DNA of 64,000 nucleotides from Bacteroidota bacterium. GTDB taxonomy: Bacteria; Bacteroidota; Bacteroidia; UBA4408. Every line of letters begins with the position of its first letter. Position 1 is the stretch's first letter. Below, piece after piece: positions 9,093-19,137 of this stretch. The position numbers and the translations under genes were made by a program. The notes beneath the pieces were generated by a model. That model worked only from the letters and a program-made list of their open reading frames with translations, did not search any database and was not told where the DNA came from. The stretch covers positions 256,787-320,786 of the forward strand of contig JAZKHE010000004.1 in assembly GCA_040385525.1 (NCBI GenBank), in the 5' to 3' direction.

Positions 9093-10964
9093 ATGCTAAA
9101 CAGGCTTCTTCAAAATAAAGTATCTTCAAAAATATTAGGCTTCTTCAGAATTTTATTCTTCTTAAACTTCTTTTTTGAGGTATTAAGTTTATTCAATTTT
9201 AGACATCTTATATTTGATAAGGTATCCTATTTTGAGCCCTCTGAGATATCATTTACATATGTTTTTTTTGTTTGGTTTTTTGTTATTGGTTTTATTATCA
9301 TTGGACTAAAACCAAGAATTGCTTTTTTACTAAATTTTTTAATCAGTCTATTTGTTATTGGATCGATAAAAAGCTATGAATATCATATGTTTTACGCATA
9401 TATGAGCGTAAATTTTTTATCCCTATTTATTCCACTTACAAAATCTTATTCTATTGATAACTTATTTAAAAAATTAAACTACTCAACAATTGAAAAAGAA
9501 TATAGTAATGATGAATTAGTGCCCGAATTCTATTATTTTATTTATGTTTTTGCAGGTATAGGTCTATTTTATTTAGATTCTACTTTTTACAAGTTATCTT
9601 CTGAAATGTGGCTTAACGGACTTGGCATGTGGCTGCCATCTTCAATACCTTTAGCAGTTAAAACCTATAGTTTATTTATATTGAATAACGAATATCTATC
9701 AAAATTTTTGGGGTATTTTACTATGTTATTTGAATTAGTTTTTATTTTCTTGTTTTGGAAAAAAAGATTTAAAATCCCTTTCTTTTTAATTGGAGTTATT
9801 TTTCATATTGGAATTTTTATACTTTGGCCAATTCCCTATTTTGCAATAGGTGTTATTATTATTTACACTTTATTATTGCAAGCTGACCTATTTGAAAAAA
9901 TATCATTAAAAAGTAAAACTCAAAAGCTCACAATTATTTATAATAATAAACATCCATTAAGTGTACGAAAAAAAATAATAATTCAGCATTTTGATTTATT
10001 TAATAAAATAAAATTCACTACAATCGAAGATGCAGATAAATCATTAAACAAAATTGACATTAGTAAAATTAATGAACACGATTTAACATTTGGTTATTAC
10101 TCAATAAAAAATGGAATTATTATAAAAGGAATTGATACAATTATTGCTTTGTTATTTTCGTTAGTATTTTTTAGTCCAATTGCTTTAGTTTTACAAATCC
10201 CAGGCATATACCACCTTACAAAATATTTATTTAATAAATATTTAAAAGATTATTCAGATAATACTAATGATATTACTAGTTATTCAATTGGTTTCTCTCC
10301 GAAAGAAAATCGTATTGATAACAACAAAATAAAAATATTCAAAAACCTAAGTTCTATTCAAATTGAAAAATATGGTTTTAAACTATTATTCTACTTGTTA
10401 ATTATTCTTCAGTTTAACGCTAGTTTAAAATCTCCATTGTTTAGGAATAAGCTAAGATACTATAGTTTTTACGATAAATATAATGAAGCAACTAAGTCAA
10501 TAACTAGTTTTTCCAAAGAATTTTTAGGAGTAACTAATCATTCTGTATTTATAGATTCTCATTTTAAGGGATACAATCACATTATTAAAGTAGAATACCT
10601 ATTACCAAATGGAAAAAAAACAATTTTACCAATTATTGATGAACTTGGAATGCCAGGAAAATATTTAATAGGCGGAACATGGGCAAAGTGGACATTTAGA
10701 GTTTCAATGCCTAAAATAAACCAAGACAAATTAAGCAAAGGCATTAGAGATTTTACTGCTTATTGGCTACATAATTCTTCAATTATAAACGATCCTTACG
10801 CAAATTACAAATTTATTATATCTGTAAAAAAAATTGATTCTACAAAAAAATGGGAAAAGAATTTTTTAATTAAACAATATCAAAAACCATGGATTGAAGC
10901 TGGTTTTGTTACTTGGGAAAATGGAACTTTTGTTTCTAAAATAAAAAGAATAGAATCTATTTAG
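9093..10964 (+). CDS. HTTM (vitamin-K-dependent gamma-carboxylase-like) polytopic membrane domain fused to a DCC/DUF393-like domain (CxxC degenerate) and a ~230-aa conserved C-terminal domain of unknown function
   Basis: N-terminal LGFFRILFFLNFFFEV... is the hallmark start of HTTM domains and is followed by ~8 TM helices. The middle region aligns with the DCC thiol-disulfide oxidoreductase of paralog 10985-12856. Here the CPLC motif is replaced by HPLS (IIYNNKHPLSVRKK). The C-terminal domain (FTAYWLHN...KPWIEAG) is conserved between the two paralogs. The start was chosen at the second Met by alignment with the paralog; an alternative ATG at 9075 overlaps glyA. Confidence 0.6.
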   Translation: MLNRLLQNKVSSKILGFFRILFFLNFFFEVLSLFNFRHLIFDKVSYFEPSEISFTYVFFVWFFVIGFIIIGLKPRIAFLLNFLISLFVIGSIKSYEYHMFYAYMSVNFLSLFIPLTKSYSIDNLFKKLNYSTIEKEYSNDELVPEFYYFIYVFAGIGLFYLDSTFYKLSSEMWLNGLGMWLPSSIPLAVKTYSLFILNNEYLSKFLGYFTMLFELVFIFLFWKKRFKIPFFLIGVIFHIGIFILWPIPYFAIGVIIIYTLLLQADLFEKISLKSKTQKLTIIYNNKHPLSVRKKIIIQHFDLFNKIKFTTIEDADKSLNKIDISKINEHDLTFGYYSIKNGIIIKGIDTIIALLFSLVFFSPIALVLQIPGIYHLTKYLFNKYLKDYSDNTNDITSYSIGFSPKENRIDNNKIKIFKNLSSIQIEKYGFKLLFYLLIILQFNASLKSPLFRNKLRYYSFYDKYNEATKSITSFSKEFLGVTNHSVFIDSHFKGYNHIIKVEYLLPNGKKTILPIIDELGMPGKYLIGGTWAKWTFRVSMPKINQDKLSKGIRDFTAYWLHNSSIINDPYANYKFIISVKKIDSTKKWEKNFLIKQYQKPWIEAGFVTWENGTFVSKIKRIESI

Positions 10965-10984
10965 AATTTCAAAATAGTTAAATA

Positions 10985-12856
10985 ATGATATTGAACAAAA
11001 AACTAAATACACTTTTTTTAACCAAAATTTCTTCAAAAACACTTGCTGTATTTAGAATTGCTTTTTTTTCAGTATTACTTTTCGAAGTAATTAGAATTTA
11101 TAGATTTAGAAATTTAATTTATGACAAAATCCCTTATTTTGAACCAGCAGAGATTACTTACGATTCAATTCTAATTATTTGGGGAATAGTAGTTACTTTT
11201 TTAATAATAGGTTTTAAAAATAAAACATTTAGTATAATAAATTTTGTAATTAGTCTGTTTTTAATTGGTACTTTAAGATCCTATGAGTATCATATGTTCT
11301 ACGCATACATGGGAGTAAATTTTATGTCTATTTTTATTCCAATATCTAAATCATACTCTATAGACAATTTAATTGAAAAATTAAATCATTCAACATTAAA
11401 AAAAGAACATAAACCTAACGAGCTTGTACCCGAATTTTATTATTACATAATAATTTTCATGGGAATTGGTGTTGTCTATTTTGACTCCATATTTTTTAAG
11501 TTGATTTCTCCGTTATGGCTAGCTGGTTTAGGAACATGGTATCCTGCTTCGATGCCGTTTGCAGTAAATATAGATAGTAGCATAATATTGAATAATGAAT
11601 TTTTGATAAAATACTTTGGTTATCTAACAATTGTGTTTGAAATAGTTTTCATTTTTTTATTTTGGAACAAAAAATTTAAACTACCTTTTTTTATAATAGG
11701 TTTAGGTCTACATATTGGTATATATATTTTGTTCCCTATTCCTTTATTTGCACTTGGGGTTATCGCAATATATTTGCTTTTACTCCCACCAAATTTTATT
11801 GAAAAAATAAAATTTCATTTTATAAAAAAGCAATTAATATTCTTTTATGACAACGAATGTCCGTTATGTTTGCGTACAAAAATTGTTATAGAACATTTTG
11901 ACTTATTTAAAGCCGTTAAGTTTGTCTCAATTCAAGAAAATTACAATCAATATCCTGAGTTAGAAAAAATAGGCTATGCAAATGCGTTAGACAATATTTA
12001 TTCAATTTCTAATAAAAAAGTATATGAAGGAGTTGACACTTATATAGCTGTTTTGTTTAAAATGATTTACACAGCTCCTTTTGCATTATTATTAAAAATA
12101 CCAGGCATTTATCACATAGCAAAAAAAGTTTATTCAATTGTTGCGAAAAATAGAAATACTGAACGTTGTACTGAAGATTCTTGTGAAATAGGATTTAATC
12201 CCACTCCTAATTTTTCGAACGAAAAAAATGTTAAAGTGTTTATAAATTTGACAATAGAAGATTTAAAAAAATTAGGCTTCAAAGCATTGTTCTTCACTTT
12301 AATTAGCTTTCAAATTTTAGTGAGTTTGAAATCTCCATTGATTAGTCGTTTTTTAAATAACGAAGAAGCATCAAATAGTGGACTTCAAACCTTACGTGAT
12401 TTTTCAAAATCTGCATTTGGAATCACAAATCATGAAGTTTTTATGGACTATCATTTTAATTACTACAATCATATTATCAAAATAGAATATGTAACATCAA
12501 AAAACACTAAAATTCTTTTACCTATAATTGATAATAATGGTATGCCTGCAGAATATTTAAAAGGATTTAATTGGGTTAAATGGACTTTTAGAGTTATGGG
12601 TTCTAAAGTTTATGGACATAGATTAAATGAAGGTATCAGAGACTTTACAGCATACTGGCTTCATAACAATCTTATTTCTGGCGATCCAACTAAAAATCAT
12701 ACATTCATAATATCAGTTAAAAAAATTGATAGCCCAAAGGGCTGGCAAAAAGATTTTTTAAAGCATCAACTAAACAAGCCGTGGATTGAAGCAGGAACAG
12801 CTACATGGGATAAGAAAAAATTCACATTAAATTTATTGAATATTGAATCCATCTAA
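10985..12856 (+). CDS. HTTM domain - DCC (DUF393) thiol-disulfide oxidoreductase fusion protein with conserved C-terminal domain
   Basis: 623 aa, a paralog of 9093-10964 with roughly 45-50% identity by eye. It has an HTTM N-terminus (LAVFRIAFFSVLLFEV) and an intact DCC-type redox motif FFYDNECPLCLRTKIVIEHFD. The C-terminal module is shared with the upstream paralog. Confidence 0.65.
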   Translation: MILNKKLNTLFLTKISSKTLAVFRIAFFSVLLFEVIRIYRFRNLIYDKIPYFEPAEITYDSILIIWGIVVTFLIIGFKNKTFSIINFVISLFLIGTLRSYEYHMFYAYMGVNFMSIFIPISKSYSIDNLIEKLNHSTLKKEHKPNELVPEFYYYIIIFMGIGVVYFDSIFFKLISPLWLAGLGTWYPASMPFAVNIDSSIILNNEFLIKYFGYLTIVFEIVFIFLFWNKKFKLPFFIIGLGLHIGIYILFPIPLFALGVIAIYLLLLPPNFIEKIKFHFIKKQLIFFYDNECPLCLRTKIVIEHFDLFKAVKFVSIQENYNQYPELEKIGYANALDNIYSISNKKVYEGVDTYIAVLFKMIYTAPFALLLKIPGIYHIAKKVYSIVAKNRNTERCTEDSCEIGFNPTPNFSNEKNVKVFINLTIEDLKKLGFKALFFTLISFQILVSLKSPLISRFLNNEEASNSGLQTLRDFSKSAFGITNHEVFMDYHFNYYNHIIKIEYVTSKNTKILLPIIDNNGMPAEYLKGFNWVKWTFRVMGSKVYGHRLNEGIRDFTAYWLHNNLISGDPTKNHTFIISVKKIDSPKGWQKDFLKHQLNKPWIEAGTATWDKKKFTLNLLNIESI

Positions 12857-13952
12857 TTCTACTAAAATTTCATTTAGTGGTTTAAATGAAATAAGAGCAA
12901 TTGCAGCATTCTTAGTTGTTTTTCATCATTTAGAATCATTAAAAAAAAGCGAATGGCTTACATCTATATACGATATTAAATTTCTTTTTGATTTTGTGAA
13001 AAATATTGGTCATAATGGTGTAATACTTTTTTTCACACTATCTGGCTTTCTAATAACATATCTCTTACTTTTTGAAAAGAAAAAATTTGGATTTATCGAT
13101 ATAAAATCATTTTATGTTAGGCGAATACTTAGAATTTGGCCCTTATATTTTCTTATTATTATTATAGGCTTCTTTATTTTACCACTGATTAATGAATTTA
13201 GTCTTTTTGATAATCAAAAATATTATACAAGTTTAATACGGAAAATTGATTACACTACTTTACCACTATATATTTTATTCTTATCAAACTTTGCTTTAGG
13301 CTTCTATAAACCAATTGTTGGAGCTTCACAATCTTGGTCAGTATCTGTTGAAGAACAATTTTACCTTCTTTGGCCGTGGCTAGTAAATAAAATAACTAAT
13401 ACTAAATTATTATTTTTCTTAATTCTTTCAATAGCTGTTTTAAAGCCCATAATTGAAATACTAATTACTAACAACAATCTTAAAATGATTATCCATGTTG
13501 TACAAATAGAATATATGTGCACAGGATCTCTTTTTGCAATATTACTTTATACTGATAAAATTCCAATTGTATTCACAAAACATCGCATTCTGATTTTATC
13601 AATAACAATTGTTGCAATATTATTTCAGTTTGTATTTCACATAAATAATATGCTAATATCACTTTTTTTTGGCGTTTTTATTTTAATTATTTCTCAATCT
13701 AAATTTAAAAATAAACCATTATTTTATTTTGGAAAAATATCATACGGAATTTACATGTATCATCCGTTTATTATGTTTATTTGTTTTTCATTAGCTAAAC
13801 ATCTAGCAAAAAACGAACTGCTTTTTAATGCAATATACTATAGTAGTACCCTACTATTTACAATATTAATAAGCCATTTATCGTATTATTATTTTGAGAG
13901 TAAATTCTTAAATTTCAAACACAAATTCACTAAAATAGAATCAGGTGCATAA
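12843..13952 (+). CDS. Acyltransferase family 3 (OafA/YrhL-like O-acyltransferase), integral membrane
   Basis: 369 aa with about 10 TM helices. The N-terminus LNEIRAIAAFLVVFHHLE is the acyltransferase_3 signature. Confidence 0.75.
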   Translation: MNPSNSTKISFSGLNEIRAIAAFLVVFHHLESLKKSEWLTSIYDIKFLFDFVKNIGHNGVILFFTLSGFLITYLLLFEKKKFGFIDIKSFYVRRILRIWPLYFLIIIIGFFILPLINEFSLFDNQKYYTSLIRKIDYTTLPLYILFLSNFALGFYKPIVGASQSWSVSVEEQFYLLWPWLVNKITNTKLLFFLILSIAVLKPIIEILITNNNLKMIIHVVQIEYMCTGSLFAILLYTDKIPIVFTKHRILILSITIVAILFQFVFHINNMLISLFFGVFILIISQSKFKNKPLFYFGKISYGIYMYHPFIMFICFSLAKHLAKNELLFNAIYYSSTLLFTILISHLSYYYFESKFLNFKHKFTKIESGA

Positions 13953-14802
13953 ACAAATTCTTATAGTTGGTTCAAACAGTATTTTATCTAAACAACTTGT
14001 TAGCGATTTAGAAAGTGAATACCTTATTGATATTGCTTATTCTGGAAATAATCCAGGAATAGAAAGTGATGCTAACTCAATCAATTTAATTAAATTAGAT
14101 TCAGTATTTTCGAGCAATAAAAAATACGATTTTGTTATTATAATTAGTGCTTTTATTCCAGCAAATAATGAGGGAAATAACAAAAAATTATATGAAGTTA
14201 ATGTTGAATTGGTTGAGCGATTAATTAGTAAAAACAAAGATTCAAAAATTATTTTTTGTTCAACAGTTTCTGTATTTACACCGAATAATAATGAAATTAT
14301 TTCTAAAAAAAGTACCGTAAATCCTATAAATGAATATGGAATATCTAAGCTTTGGGCAGAGAAAATAATCCAAAAAAATGCCAAATCTTATGCGATTTTG
14401 AGAATTTCATCTCTTATGGGTGTTGGAATGAAATCAAATACATTTTTACCTCTAATTATTGAAAATGCTATAAAAAACAAAAAAATCACACTATTTGGCG
14501 AAGGCAAAAGGCTTCAGAATTATATAGATGTGTCAATTTTGAGTAAAATGGTAAAAAAATGCTTGAAATATGAAAAAAACGAAGTATTTTTAGCTGTTGG
14601 CGAAAAGTCTTTTACAAATAAAGAAATTGCCGAAATGGTAAAAAGTAAAACTAATTGTGAAATCGTTTTTGAAGGTATTGACAATTCTATATCAATTGAA
14701 TACGATAACTCGTTTACAAAAAAAGAATTGAATATTATATATGAAAAAAGTATTGAGCAAAGTATTGATGAATTAATTGAATGGAAAAGAAAACAGTTTT
14801 AG
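13945..14802 (+). CDS. NAD-dependent epimerase/dehydratase (extended SDR) family protein
   Basis: 285 aa with an N-terminal Rossmann-like start ILIVGSNSILSKQL. The catalytic YxxxK is present (NEYGISKLWAEK). The gene sits inside the sugar-biosynthesis cluster. Confidence 0.55.
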   Translation: MHKQILIVGSNSILSKQLVSDLESEYLIDIAYSGNNPGIESDANSINLIKLDSVFSSNKKYDFVIIISAFIPANNEGNNKKLYEVNVELVERLISKNKDSKIIFCSTVSVFTPNNNEIISKKSTVNPINEYGISKLWAEKIIQKNAKSYAILRISSLMGVGMKSNTFLPLIIENAIKNKKITLFGEGKRLQNYIDVSILSKMVKKCLKYEKNEVFLAVGEKSFTNKEIAEMVKSKTNCEIVFEGIDNSISIEYDNSFTKKELNIIYEKSIEQSIDELIEWKRKQF

Positions 14803-15764
14803 TTACCGGTATTGGTGGTAATGTTGGACAAGGTATTATAAGAAACATTTTAGAAACAAAATTTCCAATTACAATTGTTGGATGTAATATAGCTAGTTTT
14901 AGTGCAGGAAATTATTTATGTGATGCTTTTGAATTAGTTCCATACGCTTATGACACAAATTATATTCCTAAAATAAATGAAATTGTAAAAAAATACAATG
15001 TTGATTTAATAATTCCGAGTACTGATTACGAAATTTATTATTTAGCAAAAAACAAACATTTGTTAAGTTGTGAAGTGGCTTGTTCATCTGAATCGGCAGC
15101 AAACACCTACTTAGATAAATGGTTAACTTGGCTACACCACCAACAAAATAATATTCCTTTTGCGGCTTCATGTTTGCCAAGCAATTTTACAAATCAATTT
15201 AAAGAACATATTACCAAGCCTAAAAAAGGTCGCGGTTCTAGAGGCCTTCACTTTAACCATACCGATCCAAAATCATTTACAGATGATGAGTATATGTTGC
15301 AAGAACTGGCTGTTGGAAACGAAATTACTACAGCGTTTTATGTTACTAAAAAAGGAACATTACACGGACTAATTACTATGGAACGTACATTAGAAAATGG
15401 CGCGACAAATTTTTCTAAAGTAATTACTCAATATGACGAAGAAATAACTAAAAGTATTTTGGAACCAATGATTGCTAATACAGAAATTAGAGGTTCAATT
15501 AATGTGCAGTCTATTGTAACAGAAGACAATAAAATTATTCCGTTTGAAGTAAATTGCAGAATATCGGGTACAAATTCAATCCGTACCAATTTTGGTTTTA
15601 AAGATGTAAAATATACATTACAAGAATATTTATATCATCAAGAACCCGAAAAACCAGCAGTTATAAATGGAATTGCCGTTAGAGTTTTATTAGATGTTAT
15701 TTACCCAAATGCAACATCAGTAGAATCAATTTTAACAAACAAATCCGAAAATTATATTTTTTAA
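14781..15764 (+). CDS. ATP-grasp domain protein (carboxylate-amine ligase-like)
   Basis: 327 aa. The N-terminus VLVTGIGGNVGQGIIRNI resembles the pre-ATP-grasp/CPSase-like domain. The central and C-terminal regions have the alternating beta pattern of ATP-grasp enzymes. The call rests on these motifs and on synteny only. Confidence 0.45.
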   Translation: MEKKTVLVTGIGGNVGQGIIRNILETKFPITIVGCNIASFSAGNYLCDAFELVPYAYDTNYIPKINEIVKKYNVDLIIPSTDYEIYYLAKNKHLLSCEVACSSESAANTYLDKWLTWLHHQQNNIPFAASCLPSNFTNQFKEHITKPKKGRGSRGLHFNHTDPKSFTDDEYMLQELAVGNEITTAFYVTKKGTLHGLITMERTLENGATNFSKVITQYDEEITKSILEPMIANTEIRGSINVQSIVTEDNKIIPFEVNCRISGTNSIRTNFGFKDVKYTLQEYLYHQEPEKPAVINGIAVRVLLDVIYPNATSVESILTNKSENYIF

Positions 15765-15765
15765 A

Positions 15766-16413
15766 ATGGCGGCAAAAATTAAACATTTATTATTTGACGC
15801 TGCGAATACCTTAATTCACAAGCCACAGCTATGGATTAAGATTCAAGAAGTTTTAAAAGAATCTGGTTATAATATTACTGATGAAAAATTAATGTATAAC
15901 CATAAATTAATCAGTGAATTAATTAATTTTCCAGACAGAACTAATAAAGACTTTTATCACCATTTTAATTCAGAGTTGCTATTATCATTAGGAATTAATC
16001 CCAACGATAAAATGCTTAATTTACTTTTTGAAAAATGTTCTTATTTACCGTGGGAATCATTTGCAGATTGTGGTGAGCTAAAATCAATTGATTTACCAAA
16101 ATCAATTCTATCTAATTTTAATTCAACTTTATCAAACACAATTAGCGAAAAAGTAAACTTACAATTCAATACAATTATTAATTCAGAAATAGAAGGTGTT
16201 AGAAAACCTAATATAGAATTTTATAATCTAGCAGTAAGCAAATTAAATTGTGCTGCCAACGAAATTTTATATATCGGAGATTCTTTAAATCTAGATTATT
16301 GTCCAGCCAAAGAAGTTGGAATGAATAGTTTAGTAATTGATAGAATTAATTTTTTTCCAAAACACGATTTCATCATAAATAGTTTCTCAGAAATAAAAAC
16401 TCATTTAGCTTAA
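15766..16413 (+). CDS. HAD-superfamily hydrolase (haloacid-dehalogenase-like phosphatase)
   Basis: 215 aa. Motif I-like LLFDAANTLI lies near the N-terminus and the motif IV-like IGDSLNLD near the C-terminus. Confidence 0.55.
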   Translation: MAAKIKHLLFDAANTLIHKPQLWIKIQEVLKESGYNITDEKLMYNHKLISELINFPDRTNKDFYHHFNSELLLSLGINPNDKMLNLLFEKCSYLPWESFADCGELKSIDLPKSILSNFNSTLSNTISEKVNLQFNTIINSEIEGVRKPNIEFYNLAVSKLNCAANEILYIGDSLNLDYCPAKEVGMNSLVIDRINFFPKHDFIINSFSEIKTHLA

Positions 16414-16416
16414 GCA

Positions 16417-17355
16417 ATGAACGAAACTAGAAAAAAACTCTCACTAATTGTTCCTGTTTATTTTGAAGAGGAATGTATTACTCAGTTTATTAAAGAAACC
16501 ACAGAAGTTTTAGAAACACTACCAATTGATTACGAGATTGTTTTTACAGATGATGGCAGTACCGACAATACAACATCAATAATTAAAGAACACGCCGAAA
16601 AAAACAACAGATTGAAACTAATTGAGCTATCGTATAATCACGGTAAACAAGCCGCTGTAACAGCAGGAATAACCTACTCTACTGGCGATTATTGCTTATA
16701 CATGGATCCAGATTTGCAAGATCCGCCAAAAGAAATACCTCGCTTTTTAGAAGAAATAAGTAAAGGTTACAATTTAGTTTTTGGCGTTAGAAAAGAAAAA
16801 ATTGATGGTGCTCTAAACAAGTTATTCTCTCGTTTATTTTGGTATACTCTTGAAAGATTTACAGGATTAAAACTTCCAAAAGGATTAGCTGTGATGCGAA
16901 TTTTTGATAGAAAATTTGCAAATAAATTTTTAGAATATGGCGAACAAAATAGATTTATAGAAGGTATATTTATGCACATTGGCATGAAGAAAACAACTAT
17001 AGAAATTGAACAAAGAGAGCGCTTTGCGGGTGTAAGCAAATTTAATTTTAAAAGAAAAATGAAATTGGCTTTTGATGCCATATTCGATTTTTCCGAAATA
17101 CCATTAAAACTAGCGGTTAAATTGGGTATTTATTTATTAGTAATTGGCTTTATATTTTTGTTTACTATTATTGTTTTAAAATTTACGGTAGTTGATTTTC
17201 AAGCGGGTTGGGCATCGTTAATTTGTGCCATTGTATTAGGTTTTGGTTTACAACTTTTTTTTATTGGAATAGCCGCAATTTATATTGGTCGTTCTTATAA
17301 AGAAGTTAAAAAAAGACCTTTGTTTTCTGTTAAAGAACTTACAAATTTAAATTAA
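16417..17355 (+). CDS. GT2 polyprenyl-phosphate glycosyltransferase (ArnC/GtrB/DPM1-like)
   Basis: 312 aa. The GT-A catalytic domain carries LSLIVPVYFEE, DDGSTDNT and the DxD motif MDPDLQD. Two C-terminal TM helices follow. This is the architecture of Und-P sugar transferases. Confidence 0.85.
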   Translation: MNETRKKLSLIVPVYFEEECITQFIKETTEVLETLPIDYEIVFTDDGSTDNTTSIIKEHAEKNNRLKLIELSYNHGKQAAVTAGITYSTGDYCLYMDPDLQDPPKEIPRFLEEISKGYNLVFGVRKEKIDGALNKLFSRLFWYTLERFTGLKLPKGLAVMRIFDRKFANKFLEYGEQNRFIEGIFMHIGMKKTTIEIEQRERFAGVSKFNFKRKMKLAFDAIFDFSEIPLKLAVKLGIYLLVIGFIFLFTIIVLKFTVVDFQAGWASLICAIVLGFGLQLFFIGIAAIYIGRSYKEVKKRPLFSVKELTNLN

Positions 17356-18002
17356 TGAAAACGATAGCTATTATTGGAGCAAAGGATTTAGGACAGCTTA
17401 TTGCGTATCATGCAATAACCGATAATCATTTTGATTCAGTAGTGTTTTTTGATGACTTTCTAGAAAAAGATTCACTTGTAGATGGACATAAAATAATTGG
17501 TAAAATTTCTGAGATTGAAGATTGTTTTAAACAAAAAAAATTCGACTCCATAATTATTGCAATTGGTTACAATCATTTAAATTTCAAGAAAAAACTATTT
17601 GCAGAATTAGATTCAAAAAATATTCCATTTGCAACAATAATTCATTCATCAAGCTATGTTGATAAAAGTTGCAAAATAGGCAAGGGAGTGTTTATTTTAC
17701 CTGGTTGCACATTAGATAGAAATGTAATTATAGGTAACAATACCGTGCTTAATACAGCTTGTGCTATAGCCCACGATACTGAAATTGAGAGTACTTGTTT
17801 TTTGTCTCCAAGAGTTGCTATTGCTGGTTTTACAAAAATAAATGAACTTTGTGTAATTGGTATAAATGCCACAATTATTGACAATATAACTATCTGTGCT
17901 AAAAGCCAAGTTGGTGGCGGAGCAGTTGTAACAAAATCTATAGATGAAGCTGGATTATATGTTGGTATACCAGCTAAAAAAATTAAAAAATTAGACTTAT
18001 GA
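17355..18002 (+). CDS. Sugar N-acetyltransferase, NeuD/PglD/PglB family (left-handed beta-helix hexapeptide)
   Basis: 215 aa. The N-terminus MKTIAIIGAKDLGQLIAYHA is the NeuD/PglD Rossmann-like start. The C-terminal half contains hexapeptide repeats. Confidence 0.8.
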   Translation: MKTIAIIGAKDLGQLIAYHAITDNHFDSVVFFDDFLEKDSLVDGHKIIGKISEIEDCFKQKKFDSIIIAIGYNHLNFKKKLFAELDSKNIPFATIIHSSSYVDKSCKIGKGVFILPGCTLDRNVIIGNNTVLNTACAIAHDTEIESTCFLSPRVAIAGFTKINELCVIGINATIIDNITICAKSQVGGGAVVTKSIDEAGLYVGIPAKKIKKLDL

Positions 18003-19129
18003 TAACTTTTAACAAACCCTATTTTACAGGAAAAGAAACAGATTATATTAAAGACGCAGTAGCTTCTTTAAAAATATCTGGTGATGGAATGTTCACAAAA
18101 AAATGTCATGAATTTTTTGAGAAAAAATACAACTTCAAAAAAGTATTACTAACAACTTCTTGCACTGATGCGCTCGAAATGGCAGCAATACTTATTGATA
18201 TAAAAGAAGGCGATGAAGTTATAGCTCCATCTTACACTTTCGTATCAACTGTTAATGCATTTGTATTAAGAGGCGCTAAAATAATTTTTATTGATAGCAC
18301 ACCTGAAAATCCAAATATGGATGTTTCAAAAATTGAAAGTTTAATTACTCCAAAAACAAAAGCAATCGTTCCTGTGCATTATGCAGGTATTGCATGCGAT
18401 ATGGATGCAATTATGGCAATAGCAAATAAGCACAACATATTTGTTATAGAAGATGCAGCTCAAGCAATTGATAGTTTTTATAAAGGAAAACCATTGGGTA
18501 GTATTGGGCATTTAGCAGCATTTTCTTTTCACGAAACAAAAAATATTATTTCTGGTGAAGGAGGAATGCTAGTAATTAATGATGAACTCTTTGTTAAAAG
18601 AGCAGAAATTATTCGCGAAAAAGGAACCAATCGTTCTTCGTTTTTTAGAGGAGAAGTTGATAAATATGGTTGGGTAGATATTGGTTCATCTTTTTTACCA
18701 TCAGATATTATTGCAGCATTTTTGTTTGCTCAACTTGAAAACTTAGATCAAATACAAGCAAAAAGAAAACAAATTTGGAATTTATATAAAGAGAATTTAA
18801 CGGAATTAGAAACACAAAATAAAATTCAACTTCCTCTAATACCTGATTATGCTACTAATAACGCACACATGTTTTACATTGTTTGCAAAAACTTAAATGA
18901 ACGTTCTGCTTTAATTGAACATTTGAAAGCAAATAAAATAAACGCTGTGTTTCATTATTTATCATTGCATAAGAGTCCGTTTTACGAAAAAATTCATGGC
19001 GATAAACAAATGCCTTTATCAGATATGTATACCGATTGCCTTGTTCGTTTGCCATTTTATTATGAACTAACAACAGAAGATGTAAATTTGATTTGTAAAA
19101 CTATTTTAGATTTTTATAAAAGTCGCTAA
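17999..19129 (+). CDS. DegT/DnrJ/EryC1/StrS-family PLP-dependent sugar aminotransferase (ArnB/WecE/PglE-like)
   Basis: 376 aa. MITFNKPYFTGKETDYIKDAV is the typical family start. A PLP-lysine region (SFHETKNI) is present. Confidence 0.9.
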   Translation: MITFNKPYFTGKETDYIKDAVASLKISGDGMFTKKCHEFFEKKYNFKKVLLTTSCTDALEMAAILIDIKEGDEVIAPSYTFVSTVNAFVLRGAKIIFIDSTPENPNMDVSKIESLITPKTKAIVPVHYAGIACDMDAIMAIANKHNIFVIEDAAQAIDSFYKGKPLGSIGHLAAFSFHETKNIISGEGGMLVINDELFVKRAEIIREKGTNRSSFFRGEVDKYGWVDIGSSFLPSDIIAAFLFAQLENLDQIQAKRKQIWNLYKENLTELETQNKIQLPLIPDYATNNAHMFYIVCKNLNERSALIEHLKANKINAVFHYLSLHKSPFYEKIHGDKQMPLSDMYTDCLVRLPFYYELTTEDVNLICKTILDFYKSR

Positions 19130-19137
19130 TAAATAGG

